A stretch of 64,000 bases of DNA from an uncultured delta proteobacterium (GCA_963728565.1 CAVSLC010000001.1:1-64000); one strand, 5' to 3'. Positions 21,706 to 31,485 are shown, numbered from the stretch's first letter. Notes: generated by a model from the letters alone, not told the origin. Numbers and translations: made by a program.

Positions 21706-23970
21706 TCAGGTTCGTGACCGGTAAACGGAAGTCGTGGCTTGCCCGGCATCTTTGATTGCGCGCCAGACTTTTTCCGGGGTCAAAGGCAGCGTCTTGATCC
21801 GCGCGCCCGAGCACCAGGCGATCGCGTTGGCGATCGCGGGAGCGACCGGAATAATCCCGCCTTCGCCCAAACCCTTGGCGCCGTAAGGACCAGGGCCGTT
21901 GGCATCTTCGATGAGAATGGAATCGAATTGGTCGGGCACGTCATCGAAGCCCGGCACTTTGTAATCAACCATGCCGGCATTGATGATTTGGCCGCTGTCG
22001 AAATGATAAGCCTCATAGAACGTATGGCCAATACCCATCATCGCCGAACCCTCGTCCTGGCCCTCGCAGTGCAGCGGATGCAGCGCTTTGCCGGCATCGG
22101 CGGCGGTCACGTACTTGTGCACGTGCACTTCTCCGGTTTCCTGATCGACATCCAGCTCCACCGCGCCGATGCCGATTTCCCAGAACAGCGGATTTGCCGG
22201 AGTGGGCGCCATGCCGCTATGGGCGTAACCGCGGCCGACAAGCTCGCCTCCCTGCATGGCAAAATGCTTGTGAATCAATTCGCCGTAGGAAACTTTCTTT
22301 CCACCGGCGATGGCTTGGCCATCTTTCAGAGTGATAGCTTCCTCCGGCGATTCGAAGTGTTCCTCGGCGAGCTCGAGGATCTGCCGGCGGGCATCGTTTC
22401 CGGCTAACTCAACCGCCTTGCCCATGACCGTCGTCGAACGGCTCGACCCGGTGGAGCGATCAAACGGCGTGAAAGCAGTGTCGATGGGGCGGATCGTGAC
22501 CCGCTCCAGCGGCACCGACAATTCTTCAGCGACGATCTGACTCATGACTGTCTTGGCGCCCTGCCCGAGCTCCACCGTTCCACACAAGAGAACTACGCTG
22601 CCGTCAGCGAGCACATGCACCGTTGACGTCGAAGCCAGAGGCGCTCCGGGATCGGTGGTGCCAAATCCCACGCCTCGACCTCGGCCGGTTTTGCTGAGCG
22701 CTCCGTCCCAGCCCAGCTTATCGGTGACGAGTTTCAATCCTTTGGCGAGATCGGCATCCAAGGGTTTGAGTTTGGGCCTAATCTCTTCGCCTTTCTTGAC
22801 GAGATTTTTTAGGCGCAGCTCTACCGGATCGAGCCCGAGCTTCTGCGCGATGATATCCATCTGTGACTCGGTGGCCCAGGCAGTCTGCGGCCCGCCGATG
22901 GAACGGAACGAAGCGGCGGACACCGTGTTGGTATAGACACAGTAGGAGTTGATTTTCAGATTAGGGTACCGATATGGCCCAAGTATGCGCGTCAAGGTTC
23001 GACCGGTCACGATCGGACCGGTTTCAGCGTAGGCGCCGGTATTGAGATAAATCTCCGCCTGCTTGGCAACCAGGGTGCCGTCTGTTTTCACGCCGGTCTT
23101 GAGCTTGCATTGGACCGCGTGACGTCGGCAAGTGACCATCGCTTCAGCGACATTGAGCGCCACCCTTACCGGCCGTTGCGCCTTGCGCGCCAGGGCAACC
23201 ACAAGCGGTTCGATCTTTCCTCCCGACTTGCTGCCATAGGCGCCACCGACGAAATTCACATGGACGCGGATCTTCGACAGCGGGTAATGATATATTTCCG
23301 CAATCTCCTGCCGCACGCCGAATGGGTGACCGGTCGACGTCCAGATATTGATCCCGTCGCTATCCACTTCGGCAATCGCGATGTGCGGCTCCATCGAGTA
23401 GTGATAGATCATCGGAAACTCGAAAGTGTCCTCGAAGATCTCGTCGGCCTCGGCAAAGCCGCTCTCCACGTCGCCTTTGACAAGCTCTGTCTGGAAGCAA
23501 ATATTTCTCTCGGCAAATTCGTGAATTCGCGGCGCGCCGGTTGCCAACGCATCCTGCACGTCGATAAGCGCCGGCAGTTCCCGGTATTCGACGGCGATCC
23601 TGGCTAACGCCTCCTCCGCGGTAGCGCGGTCGACGGCGGCAACCGCCGCCACCGGCTGGCCGGCAAAAATTACCCGATCCACCGCAATGATCGGGTGATC
23701 TCGGTTTTTTCCGCGCCCCATGTACGGGCTCACATCGCTAAAGTCTTTGCTGGTGATCACAGCGATCACGCCAGGCAGCGCTTCTGCTTCCCGTGCATCT
23801 ATCGAGAGGATGCGCGCATGCGCGTACGGGCTGCGCAGAAATTTTCCTTCGATCATGCCAGGGACGAAAAGATCACCGGTGTACCTGGCCCTGCCGGTGA
23901 CTTTATCGATGCCATCGACACGCGGCACCGAGGTACCGACGACGGAGAAGCGGCGCTTTTCAGCCTTCAA
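21706..23970 (-). CDS. Xanthine dehydrogenase/CoxL-family molybdopterin-binding large subunit
   Basis: KVTGRARY, LRSPYAHARI, GGAYGSK, SFRSIG, GQG, GAKGLGE (catalytic Glu). Confidence 0.92.
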   Translation of the reverse strand: MKAEKRRFSVVGTSVPRVDGIDKVTGRARYTGDLFVPGMIEGKFLRSPYAHARILSIDAREAEALPGVIAVITSKDFSDVSPYMGRGKNRDHPIIAVDRVIFAGQPVAAVAAVDRATAEEALARIAVEYRELPALIDVQDALATGAPRIHEFAERNICFQTELVKGDVESGFAEADEIFEDTFEFPMIYHYSMEPHIAIAEVDSDGINIWTSTGHPFGVRQEIAEIYHYPLSKIRVHVNFVGGAYGSKSGGKIEPLVVALARKAQRPVRVALNVAEAMVTCRRHAVQCKLKTGVKTDGTLVAKQAEIYLNTGAYAETGPIVTGRTLTRILGPYRYPNLKINSYCVYTNTVSAASFRSIGGPQTAWATESQMDIIAQKLGLDPVELRLKNLVKKGEEIRPKLKPLDADLAKGLKLVTDKLGWDGALSKTGRGRGVGFGTTDPGAPLASTSTVHVLADGSVVLLCGTVELGQGAKTVMSQIVAEELSVPLERVTIRPIDTAFTPFDRSTGSSRSTTVMGKAVELAGNDARRQILELAEEHFESPEEAITLKDGQAIAGGKKVSYGELIHKHFAMQGGELVGRGYAHSGMAPTPANPLFWEIGIGAVELDVDQETGEVHVHKYVTAADAGKALHPLHCEGQDEGSAMMGIGHTFYEAYHFDSGQIINAGMVDYKVPGFDDVPDQFDSILIEDANGPGPYGAKGLGEGGIIPVAPAIANAIAWCSGARIKTLPLTPEKVWRAIKDAGQATTSVYRSRT

Positions 23971-24176
23971 GTTAAACCCTTCCTTTTGTCGAGTTCAGCG
24001 GAACTGTGCTGGGCGGTTACCCCAGGGATGATTTGCAACGATAGCCTCCATAAATCGCCAAGCTGTAAATACATCCTTCCCGTATATGGGCGCTAAATTC
24101 CTGTCAAGCTCTGTGGCCGCTTGACCATCAGCTATCGCGGCAAAGGCGCACGTCGATTACAAGCGCGGCGTCGAGT

Positions 24177-25262
24177 TTGTTTCTATCTTTCCGATTTAGC
24201 TTTCATCTCCTGTGCGAAATCCTTGAGCACCCCATCAATAGATGCGATGATGGCGTACGATTCATTGAACGCTCCGTGAAACGCTACTCAGTGCTCAACT
24301 ACATCTCCAGAACTCTCCTGCTGATTTTATTCAGCTCTTGCAGTGTGCCGGCGCCCTTGGGTTTGGTTCAATTGCGCCCTTTTCAGATCGAGTCGAAGGA
24401 GAACCAACGGACGGAATTCGATGGGCTGATACTGTTGGGCGCTTTCGAACTTCGCTCGCGGCATCCGCAGTTCGGCGGGATTTCCGGGCTGAGCATAGGC
24501 GCCGACGGCAGGCTTTACGCCGTCTCCGATCGCGGCTATTGGCTTTCTGCTCGAATGCGCCATGGCAGCGACGGCGCCCTGGTAGACCTGCTCGATTGGC
24601 AAATCAAACCCATCTTAACCCCGGAAAGAACTCCCACCGATGGACTGCTGACAGACGCGGAAGCGCTCGCCAGCGCGCCGGACGGGTCGTTCATCGTCGG
24701 TTTTGAACAAACCCATCGCTTGTGGCGCTATCTGCCGCCGCCGATGACGTTCGATTCACCGGCGCGGGCAATCTCAGCTCCGCACAATCTAGCCAAAGCG
24801 CCGCGCAACGGCGGTCTTGAATGCGTTACCGTTCTCCCCAGCGGAGAGATTCTCACCCTTGCCGAAGAACTGCAAAACAAAGACGGGAGTTTCAAAGGCT
24901 GGCTCATCGATGACCAGCGAGCGGCGGAGTTATCGTACTTGCCAAGCGCCGGCTTCCGAGCATCGGATTGCGCTGCGTTGCCAAACGGAGATGTCATTGT
25001 CCTCGAACGGCACTTATCGATATATCTCGCCTTTTCGGCGCGCCTGAAGCTCATTCGAGCTGCCAGCATACGGCCGCATGCGGTGCTTAACGGTGAAGAT
25101 CTGCTCCGGCTCGATCCGCCGCTGCGACTCGATAATTTTGAGGGTATCGCAGTACAGGAAGATGCAGCCGGAACTTTGATCTACCTCATATCGGACAATA
25201 ACTTCCAGCCGTTCCAGCGCACACTGCTGTTGCAATTTCGCCTTCCTCGGACCGCATACTAA
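24177..25262 (+). CDS. Esterase-like activity of phytase family protein (beta-propeller); start uncertain
   Basis: FGGISGL, VSDRG, DAEAL, NGGLE, DNFEGI, LISDNNF motifs. Confidence 0.85.
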   Translation: MFLSFRFSFHLLCEILEHPINRCDDGVRFIERSVKRYSVLNYISRTLLLILFSSCSVPAPLGLVQLRPFQIESKENQRTEFDGLILLGAFELRSRHPQFGGISGLSIGADGRLYAVSDRGYWLSARMRHGSDGALVDLLDWQIKPILTPERTPTDGLLTDAEALASAPDGSFIVGFEQTHRLWRYLPPPMTFDSPARAISAPHNLAKAPRNGGLECVTVLPSGEILTLAEELQNKDGSFKGWLIDDQRAAELSYLPSAGFRASDCAALPNGDVIVLERHLSIYLAFSARLKLIRAASIRPHAVLNGEDLLRLDPPLRLDNFEGIAVQEDAAGTLIYLISDNNFQPFQRTLLLQFRLPRTAY

Positions 25263-25292
25263 AGTAATCAAAGTTTGATAAACTCTCTTCAC

Positions 25293-25413
25293 GGGCTGTT
25301 CAAAAGATTTCAGAGCCGAGGCGCGCGAAGGCCGACGAGCTGAGGCGTACGCTTCGGTACGTTGAAGCGAGTCGGCCGAGCGCAACGGAGGCTATGAATC
25401 TTTTCAACAGCCT
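25293..25413. repeat. ~120-bp MITE-like element, copy 1
   Basis: Terminal IR GGCTGTTCAAAA...TTTTCAACAGCC; internal CAGAGCCGAGGCGCGCGA and CGTAC...GTACGTTGA shared with 31583-31706. Confidence 0.65.
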
Positions 25414-25484
25414 GTCAGTGCGTTGACACCAATAGGTTTCCTAGAGTAAGCCTGAGCCAAATCGGCCCGCACTGTGTTCTCAGC

Positions 25485-26594
25485 ATGCCCGATAACCAAC
25501 CGACCTATATTTTCGCCGCGGAGCGTCTGAAGAATTTTTCCGCTGCGGTATTCATGCACTTCGGGATTTCGGCAGAAGACGCGGCGCAAGCGGCGGATGT
25601 GTTGGCAACAAGCGATTTACGCGGCATCGACTCTCATGGCGTCGCGCGCCTGCACACCTACTTCGAAATGCTCGAGCTGGGCAGGATCAATCCCAGCCCC
25701 AAGATCCGAATCGTCCGGGAGAAACACAGCGTCGCCGCGATCGATGGCGACAACGGCTTGGGTCTGGTGGTGGCGCCCAAGGCCAATGCCATCGCCATGG
25801 ACAAAGCCGAACAATATGGCTCGGGTTGGGTGAGCGTCTGCAACACCCATCATTTCGGCATCGCCGGCTACTATCCGTTACAGGCGCTCAAGCGCGATCT
25901 CATCGGCTGGGCGATGACCAACACGACCAAACTCGTGGCGCCGTTATGGGGCGCGGAGAGAATGCTGGGAACGAATCCGATCGCCATCGCTTTTCCGGGA
26001 TACCAAGAGCCGCCCATCGTCATCGACATGGCGACCAGCGCCGTGGCTTACGGCAAAATAGAAATCGCGCTGCGCAAAAAGGAATCCGTTCCGAAAGGCT
26101 GGATCGTCGACCGCGACGGCCGCGACACGACCAGTCCGCAAGAGATGATCGACGGCGGCGCGCAACTGCCGCTCGGCTCGGAAAAAGAATTAGGCGGACA
26201 CAAAGGCTATGCCTTGGCCGCGATGGTGGACATACTCTGCTGCGTGTTGAGCGGCGCCAACTGGGGTCCATTCGCCCCGCCCTTTGCGCTCCGGCAAGAA
26301 ATTCCCGCGCGCTCGGTGGGCAAAGGCATCGGCCATTTCTTCGGCGCCATGCAGATCGACGGCTTCATCGACAAAGACGAATTCAAAAAGCAGATCGATG
26401 AATGGATCCGCGTCTTTCGCGCAACCAAACCCGCTCCCGGCACCAACGGCCCGCTTATCCCCGGCGATCCCGAGAGAGAAGCCGAGGCGATTCGAAGCAA
26501 AGAAGGAATCCCACTGTTGAAACCGGTGGTGGAGGATTTGCTGGCGATTTCGGAGAAGACCGGGATACCGTTCGAAATCAGCTGGGCGACATGA
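25485..26594 (+). CDS. Ldh_2 family (malate/L-lactate/ureidoglycolate/sulfolactate dehydrogenase-like) oxidoreductase
   Basis: DLRGIDSHG, DGDNGLG, HHFG, GTNPIA, DMATS, GGHKGY motifs. Confidence 0.92.
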   Translation: MPDNQPTYIFAAERLKNFSAAVFMHFGISAEDAAQAADVLATSDLRGIDSHGVARLHTYFEMLELGRINPSPKIRIVREKHSVAAIDGDNGLGLVVAPKANAIAMDKAEQYGSGWVSVCNTHHFGIAGYYPLQALKRDLIGWAMTNTTKLVAPLWGAERMLGTNPIAIAFPGYQEPPIVIDMATSAVAYGKIEIALRKKESVPKGWIVDRDGRDTTSPQEMIDGGAQLPLGSEKELGGHKGYALAAMVDILCCVLSGANWGPFAPPFALRQEIPARSVGKGIGHFFGAMQIDGFIDKDEFKKQIDEWIRVFRATKPAPGTNGPLIPGDPEREAEAIRSKEGIPLLKPVVEDLLAISEKTGIPFEISWAT

Positions 26595-26628
26595 TTAGGC
26601 CGGTCGTCTAAATCAAAATGGAGGAGCT

Positions 26629-26940
26629 ATGGTGACAGCATTCGTTCAATTCAAGATACCGGCGCCTATGAGCCGGGAGCAAGCCAAAGAGGTATTTATG
26701 AGCACCGCGCCGAAGTACCAACAGGCAGCAGGATTAATTCGCAAGTACTATCTCCTTTCCGAAGATGGTGGCACGGCCGGTGGTGTGTACTTATGGCGAT
26801 CACGAGAGGATGCCGAGAGTCTCTATACCGAGGAATGGAAGAAATTCGTGAAAGAAAAATATGGTGGGGAACCGACGATTGTCTACTTTCACAGTCCGGT
26901 AGTCGTCGACAATCTGACAAAGGAGATTATCAAAGATTAG
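26629..26940 (+). CDS. YdhR-family putative monooxygenase (dimeric alpha-beta barrel)
   Basis: GLIRKYY...AGGVYLW motif; GGAGG RBS. Confidence 0.8.
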   Translation: MVTAFVQFKIPAPMSREQAKEVFMSTAPKYQQAAGLIRKYYLLSEDGGTAGGVYLWRSREDAESLYTEEWKKFVKEKYGGEPTIVYFHSPVVVDNLTKEIIKD

Positions 26941-26961
26941 CCGCTTCCAATTGGCGCGGGC

Positions 26962-27159
26962 TCACAAGAAATTTCCCGAACATCTTTCCCGACTCCGGCA
27001 AGGTCATCGTCCATGGGTTCGAGATACAGCTCAATTGCCTCGCGGATGTTCTTTAGGGCCTCTCTTTCGCTTTCTCCTTCGGAACGCATCCGGGAAGGGA
27101 AGGCACATAAACAGTAAAACCACCTTCGTCTGTAGGTTCCAAACGACTTTGAGCTTCAT
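26962..27159 (-). pseudogene. HicB-like antitoxin, frameshifted; not in the ORF track
   Basis: Across indels it reads MKLKVVLEPTDEGGFTVYVPSLPGC.SEGESEREALKNIREAIELYLEP. Confidence 0.75.
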
Positions 27160-27268
27160 GTACCCTCCGTTCGACAGAATCATAGGCCCTTCGGAAAGCT
27201 GAGTCAAAAACAAGCGAGGTTGAAGGCGTCACGGCTCAAAATTGGTCGATCCTTCGCCATTTCGGGCC

Positions 27269-27526
27269 GGCAAAGGCATCGGCCACTTCTTCGGCGCCAT
27301 TGAGATCAACGGCTTCATCGACAAAGACGAGTTCAAAAAACAAATCGACGACTGGATTAGACTGTTTCGAAATACCAAACCCGCTCCCGACACCACCGGC
27401 CCACTAATTCCCGGCGATCCGGAGCGCGAGGCGGAAACGATCAGAATCAAGGAAGAAATCCCGCTGCTGAAACCGGTGGTAGACGATTTGCTCGATATAT
27501 CGAAGAAGACGGGGAATACCCTTCGA
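27269..27526 (+). pseudogene. Diverged duplicate of the 3' ~255 bp of the Ldh_2 gene (26319-26575)
   Basis: GKGIGHFFGA...GPLIPGDPEREAE...IPLLKPVV repeated, mostly with synonymous changes. Confidence 0.9.
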
Positions 27527-27964
27527 TTATGGTCAACAATTGTGAATGCAAAAGTTTTGAATGCCTGGGCGAAATGCTTTTATTCTTTACGAGAGCCGCG
27601 TGGCAATGATCGATAGTTGGTATGTGCTCGCTGCCGTCTCGATCCTGATTCTCATCATGCTGACATGGTTATGGATCCAAAGGTCCCCCGGCGCTTTATG
27701 GACAATTTGGCTATTTGTCCCCTCGTCGCCTATTGTTTTAGCGCACTCATGGCAGGTGCGGATCCGCGATATGTCGCTTGCGTGGCTTTTACGCATGCCG
27801 CGGCTTCAATTGTGCTTATTGAACGAGGAAGACGAGATAAAATGCATCCTACTGATAAATGTCGTTGTTGCGATGAACCGATATGCGCCTCGCTGGTGGA
27901 ATGTCGGGGTTGGGCTTAGCAAGCGTCCTCAAGCCCCGTGTCAGAACACCATCGAATTATAACG

Positions 27965-28687
27965 TCAGGTGCTGGCATCGACTACATTCAATCCTAGTCT
28001 GCCCCAACGGCCTCTCGCGGAATGTAGAGATAATCCAACTTCAAGATTTTTTGAAATGATTATCATGAGTGGTCTATCTATTAAGTAATTATCTTGCTCA
28101 GCAATCTCGGCCAAACTTTTAATATCAGTACCACTGGGTTCGTTGGACAAAGTATCGGGCAGGTATTTATCGATTTCAGCTGAAAGGATATTCGCTAACA
28201 CGTCATTGATTTTGACTTCCACAAAAGGATTATGGGAAACAAGATATTCGCCCAAAGCAAGACTTTTGGGTCAGGCAACCCGACTCAAGCCAAGGAGATG
28301 TCTTATCGAGTTGTGACTTTTGAATTGTTCTTTGTCGATCAGTAACATGCTACCAACACCGGCCTTGCACAACGAGTCGCCGATTTCCGATCCAAGGGCT
28401 GCGCACCCAATGATGGAAATTCTGGAATTCTTAAGAAGCTCTCGCGTGGCTCTTCCCGAATTTCGTAGGTGAAAATATTCTTCCGTAAACAACTCGTGAT
28501 TAACGGCTTCCAGCGAATAATCTTTTAACCTTTCCACCAACTCTTCGTTCGTCTCCCTGAACCCACCTGACAGCGGAATGGAGCGTTCAAAGGAAGACGC
28601 ACCAACAACAAATGCCAGCGCCCATAGGAAAAAAATTCCTGGAAAAAGAATCGCTATGAAGTCATATAGGCCGAATCGGTTAAGCAC
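27965..28687 (-). pseudogene. Chimeric remnant: membrane-protein N-terminus joined to a partial ThiF/E1-like adenylation domain
   Basis: MLNRFGLYDFIAILFPG TM segment, then ISIIGCAALGSEIGDSLCKAGVG.MLLIDKE...HNSIRH, continuing after a frameshift; AT-rich. Confidence 0.6.
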
Positions 28688-28789
28688 TGTTGCCTCTCGT
28701 TAGTTCCTCAAGAGATTTTACGGCGATAGTTTAGGCAGCCGACTCAACCAATGTTTCCTTCAAACTTGCGTAGAAATTTTTGCTAGTCC

Positions 28790-29233
28790 CTAAAACTGGA
28801 GGTCTCGCAGCGGCACTACGATGCTGTGCCCCTTCAGCTTGTTAACCATTTTCTCATCAGCCGTAATGAGCGGGTATCCGGCTTGCTCCGCTAGAGCCAC
28901 ATAAAGCGCGTCGTAAATCGTGATCTTGTAGGCCCAGGCAATGGCGTTGGTTTTGCGCATTAGGTCGCCTTCGGATGGCTTGAATTCGAGATTGAGATCT
29001 TGGAGCGTTTCTAAAGCGATCTCCCCGGCTTCTTCGTCTGCTTTTGGGCTGAACCGGATGGCATTGAGAACTTCGAGCAAAGCGAGCTGTGGAATGTAAA
29101 TTTTCGATTGACCGGAGATATGAAGGTCGCGCAAAGCTAACGCGCGGTCGCGATCCGCTTCCTGATGATGAAGAAACCATTTAACTAAAACAGACGCATC
29201 TACGACATAGCCGGCGTGGTGCGCAGTTATCAC
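28790..29233 (-). CDS. vapC: VapC-type PIN-domain toxin
   Basis: VVDASVLVKW, EVLNA, TIYDALYVALA, LITAD acidic PIN motifs. Confidence 0.92.
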   Translation of the reverse strand: MITAHHAGYVVDASVLVKWFLHHQEADRDRALALRDLHISGQSKIYIPQLALLEVLNAIRFSPKADEEAGEIALETLQDLNLEFKPSEGDLMRKTNAIAWAYKITIYDALYVALAEQAGYPLITADEKMVNKLKGHSIVVPLRDLQF

Positions 29234-29502
29234 GCATCGCCCTTCAGATTGCTGTCACGAAACTTGCGGATTGTCGCCTGCGGGTCCCATTTACCCAGCT
29301 TTTTTGCCAACGCATCCATCTTGCGCGAAGCCTCTTGCATCTTCTTGCGCCGTTCCTCTTCTTCGCGCTGGCGACGCTTGTCTTCAATGTATTTCTCCAA
29401 AGCAGCCTGAATCAGAGCGCTACGATTGGTACCTTCCTCCTCCGCTTCTTCGTTGATTTGATCGAGCAGCTCATCCTTCAAGAAAACGTTTACGCGCCCC
29501 AT
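29230..29502 (-). CDS. CopG/RHH antitoxin coupled to VapC
   Basis: RVNVFLKDELLDQI...NRSALIQAAL RHH pattern; 4-nt overlap with the toxin. Confidence 0.85.
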   Translation of the reverse strand: MGRVNVFLKDELLDQINEEAEEEGTNRSALIQAALEKYIEDKRRQREEEERRKKMQEASRKMDALAKKLGKWDPQATIRKFRDSNLKGDA

Positions 29503-29652
29503 AACACACCTCTTATGGCATAATAAAGCACACTATGAGTGTGTCGTCAAATATCTACATACACACACCAAGATGGGTCGATGCAGACCACGCGAAGGAG
29601 GGAGACTGGCGGCTAACTGGAACACGGCTGACATCCATGAGCCAATTACAGA

Positions 29653-29895
29653 TCATTGATTCATCCCATCCTCGTCGAGGACATAGCGAAGCTGACCTGG
29701 AGGTACTTTCATCGGTTGTTCACAAAATAGGCGAAACGCCATCTTGCGTTCACCCCGGATCGCGGATTGCTCACGGAGATACTGCACAAGCGCGTCTTCA
29801 ATCAGATTGCTGAGAGGCCGTCCCTCCTCTGCCGGTTTCCGTTTAGCAACACGCATTGTGCCTCGTTCGATCACAATTGCCATTTTCTTTTTCAT
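29653..29895 (-). CDS. Small RHH-like antitoxin or remnant with no adjacent toxin
   Basis: MKKKMAIVI...EEGRPLSNLIEDALVQYL. Confidence 0.45.
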   Translation of the reverse strand: MKKKMAIVIERGTMRVAKRKPAEEGRPLSNLIEDALVQYLREQSAIRGERKMAFRLFCEQPMKVPPGQLRYVLDEDGMNQ

Positions 29896-30174
29896 ATCGG
29901 TTACTCCTCAGAGCTGAGCAAGGACGTTGTCTGTGTTCGCTACTACGCGTGATATGCCTAAGTTTAAATCGGCCTTCCTTCTCCATCCCGCGTATCGCGC
30001 TGTCCCTCCGGTTAGGTCTTCCGCTTTGAGCCAGCGAATCTCGTTCTTCGAGGATAGCTGGATGACAGTGCATCTAAAAGCAACTGCCGCAACTTTTTTG
30101 CTCATTGTCCGTTTCAACTTCTCTTAAGCCCTTCATCTTGCCGCCCGTGAGTGACATAATCAGACAACTTCAAA

Positions 30175-31485
30175 ATGCAGCTGTTGTTCAAGTCTGCTCC
30201 TTCTCATTCGATGCGATTAAATCTTTCCGCTTCATCGCCGCTATGGCGCTCACTGCGCCATCGCAATTACCGGCTCTATCTTACCGGTCAGCTGGTCTCG
30301 GTCTGCGGAACCTGGATGCAGCAGGTGGCGCTGAGCTGGCTGGTCTACCGCCTTACCGGATCGGCGACCTTGCTCGGCATCGTCGGTTTCGCATCGCAAA
30401 TCCCGATCTTGATTTTGGGCCCGATCGGCGGCGTGATCAACGATCGCTACTCGACCCACCGCGTGGCGGTATGGACGCAATGCGCGGCCCTCGCTCAAGC
30501 GCTGCTGCTGGCATTGTTGGCCCTGACCGGCTGGATACAGCCAATTCATATAATCCTGCTGGGAATTGCGCTGGGCGTCGTCTATGCATTCGATATGCCC
30601 GCGCGCCAAGCGTTGGTGCATCGATTAGTCGATACAGAGGACTTGGCCAATGCGGTAGCGCTTAATTCTTCGATGATCAACGCCGCGCGAATTGTCGGAC
30701 CCGCGCTTGCCGGGCTGGTCGTTGCCAGGTTCGGCGAAGGCATTTGTTTTGTTATCAACGCGGCAAGTTACATAGCGACCATCGTGGCATTACTCAAGAT
30801 GAAATTCGCCGAGCCGCCGCGTCGTGATGCGACCGCAACTTCCATCAGTCGCTCGTTGATTGAAGGATATCGCTACACCACGGCCACCACGCCGATACGC
30901 GATCTGCTGATTCTATTGGGCGTGGTCGGCGTCATGGGCATGCCTTACATGACACTGATGCCGGTGTTTGCGGCGCAAGTCCATGGGAGCGGCGCGGATA
31001 CCCTCGGGATTATGTTCGGAGCGGTCGGTCTTGGCGCGCTCACCGGCGCGCTCTTTCTCGCCCAAAGAAAAAACATCATCGGACTTGGCCGGGTGATTGT
31101 CTTCGCAACGCTGGGATTTGGCGTGGGACTCGTTTGTTTCACGGTGTCGCAGACGTTTTGGCTGTCACTGCTGCTTCTTGTCGGAGTGGGCTATGGCTGG
31201 ATGGTCTTGATTGCCGCGAGCAACACGGTGCTGCAAACCCTTGCCGATAACCAGATGCGCGGCAGGGTGATGAGCCTGTTCTCGATGATGCTGGTCGGCA
31301 TGGCGCCATTCGGCAGCTTGCTGGCAGGATGGGCCGCTGACCAGGTGGGCGCTCCCATGGTGGTCGCAATCGGCGGCGGCTTTTGCGTCATGGCCGGGAT
31401 CGTTTTCGCCAGGCGATTACCCGAGCTACGGGAAGCGGCAAAGCCTATCTTGGCCGCCCGCGGGATCATTCTAGAAACAAAGTGA
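30175..31485 (+). CDS. MFS transporter (MFS_3/DUF894-like)
   Basis: RNYRLYLTGQLVS..GTWMQ; FDMPARQA; MRGRVMS; about 12 TM segments. Confidence 0.9.
   Translation: MQLLFKSAPSHSMRLNLSASSPLWRSLRHRNYRLYLTGQLVSVCGTWMQQVALSWLVYRLTGSATLLGIVGFASQIPILILGPIGGVINDRYSTHRVAVWTQCAALAQALLLALLALTGWIQPIHIILLGIALGVVYAFDMPARQALVHRLVDTEDLANAVALNSSMINAARIVGPALAGLVVARFGEGICFVINAASYIATIVALLKMKFAEPPRRDATATSISRSLIEGYRYTTATTPIRDLLILLGVVGVMGMPYMTLMPVFAAQVHGSGADTLGIMFGAVGLGALTGALFLAQRKNIIGLGRVIVFATLGFGVGLVCFTVSQTFWLSLLLLVGVGYGWMVLIAASNTVLQTLADNQMRGRVMSLFSMMLVGMAPFGSLLAGWAADQVGAPMVVAIGGGFCVMAGIVFARRLPELREAAKPILAARGIILETK

Noticed and set aside
21706-23970. Aerobic CO dehydrogenase CoxL
   Set aside because: The active-site loop is SFRSIG, not AYXCSFR, and coxM/coxS are absent.
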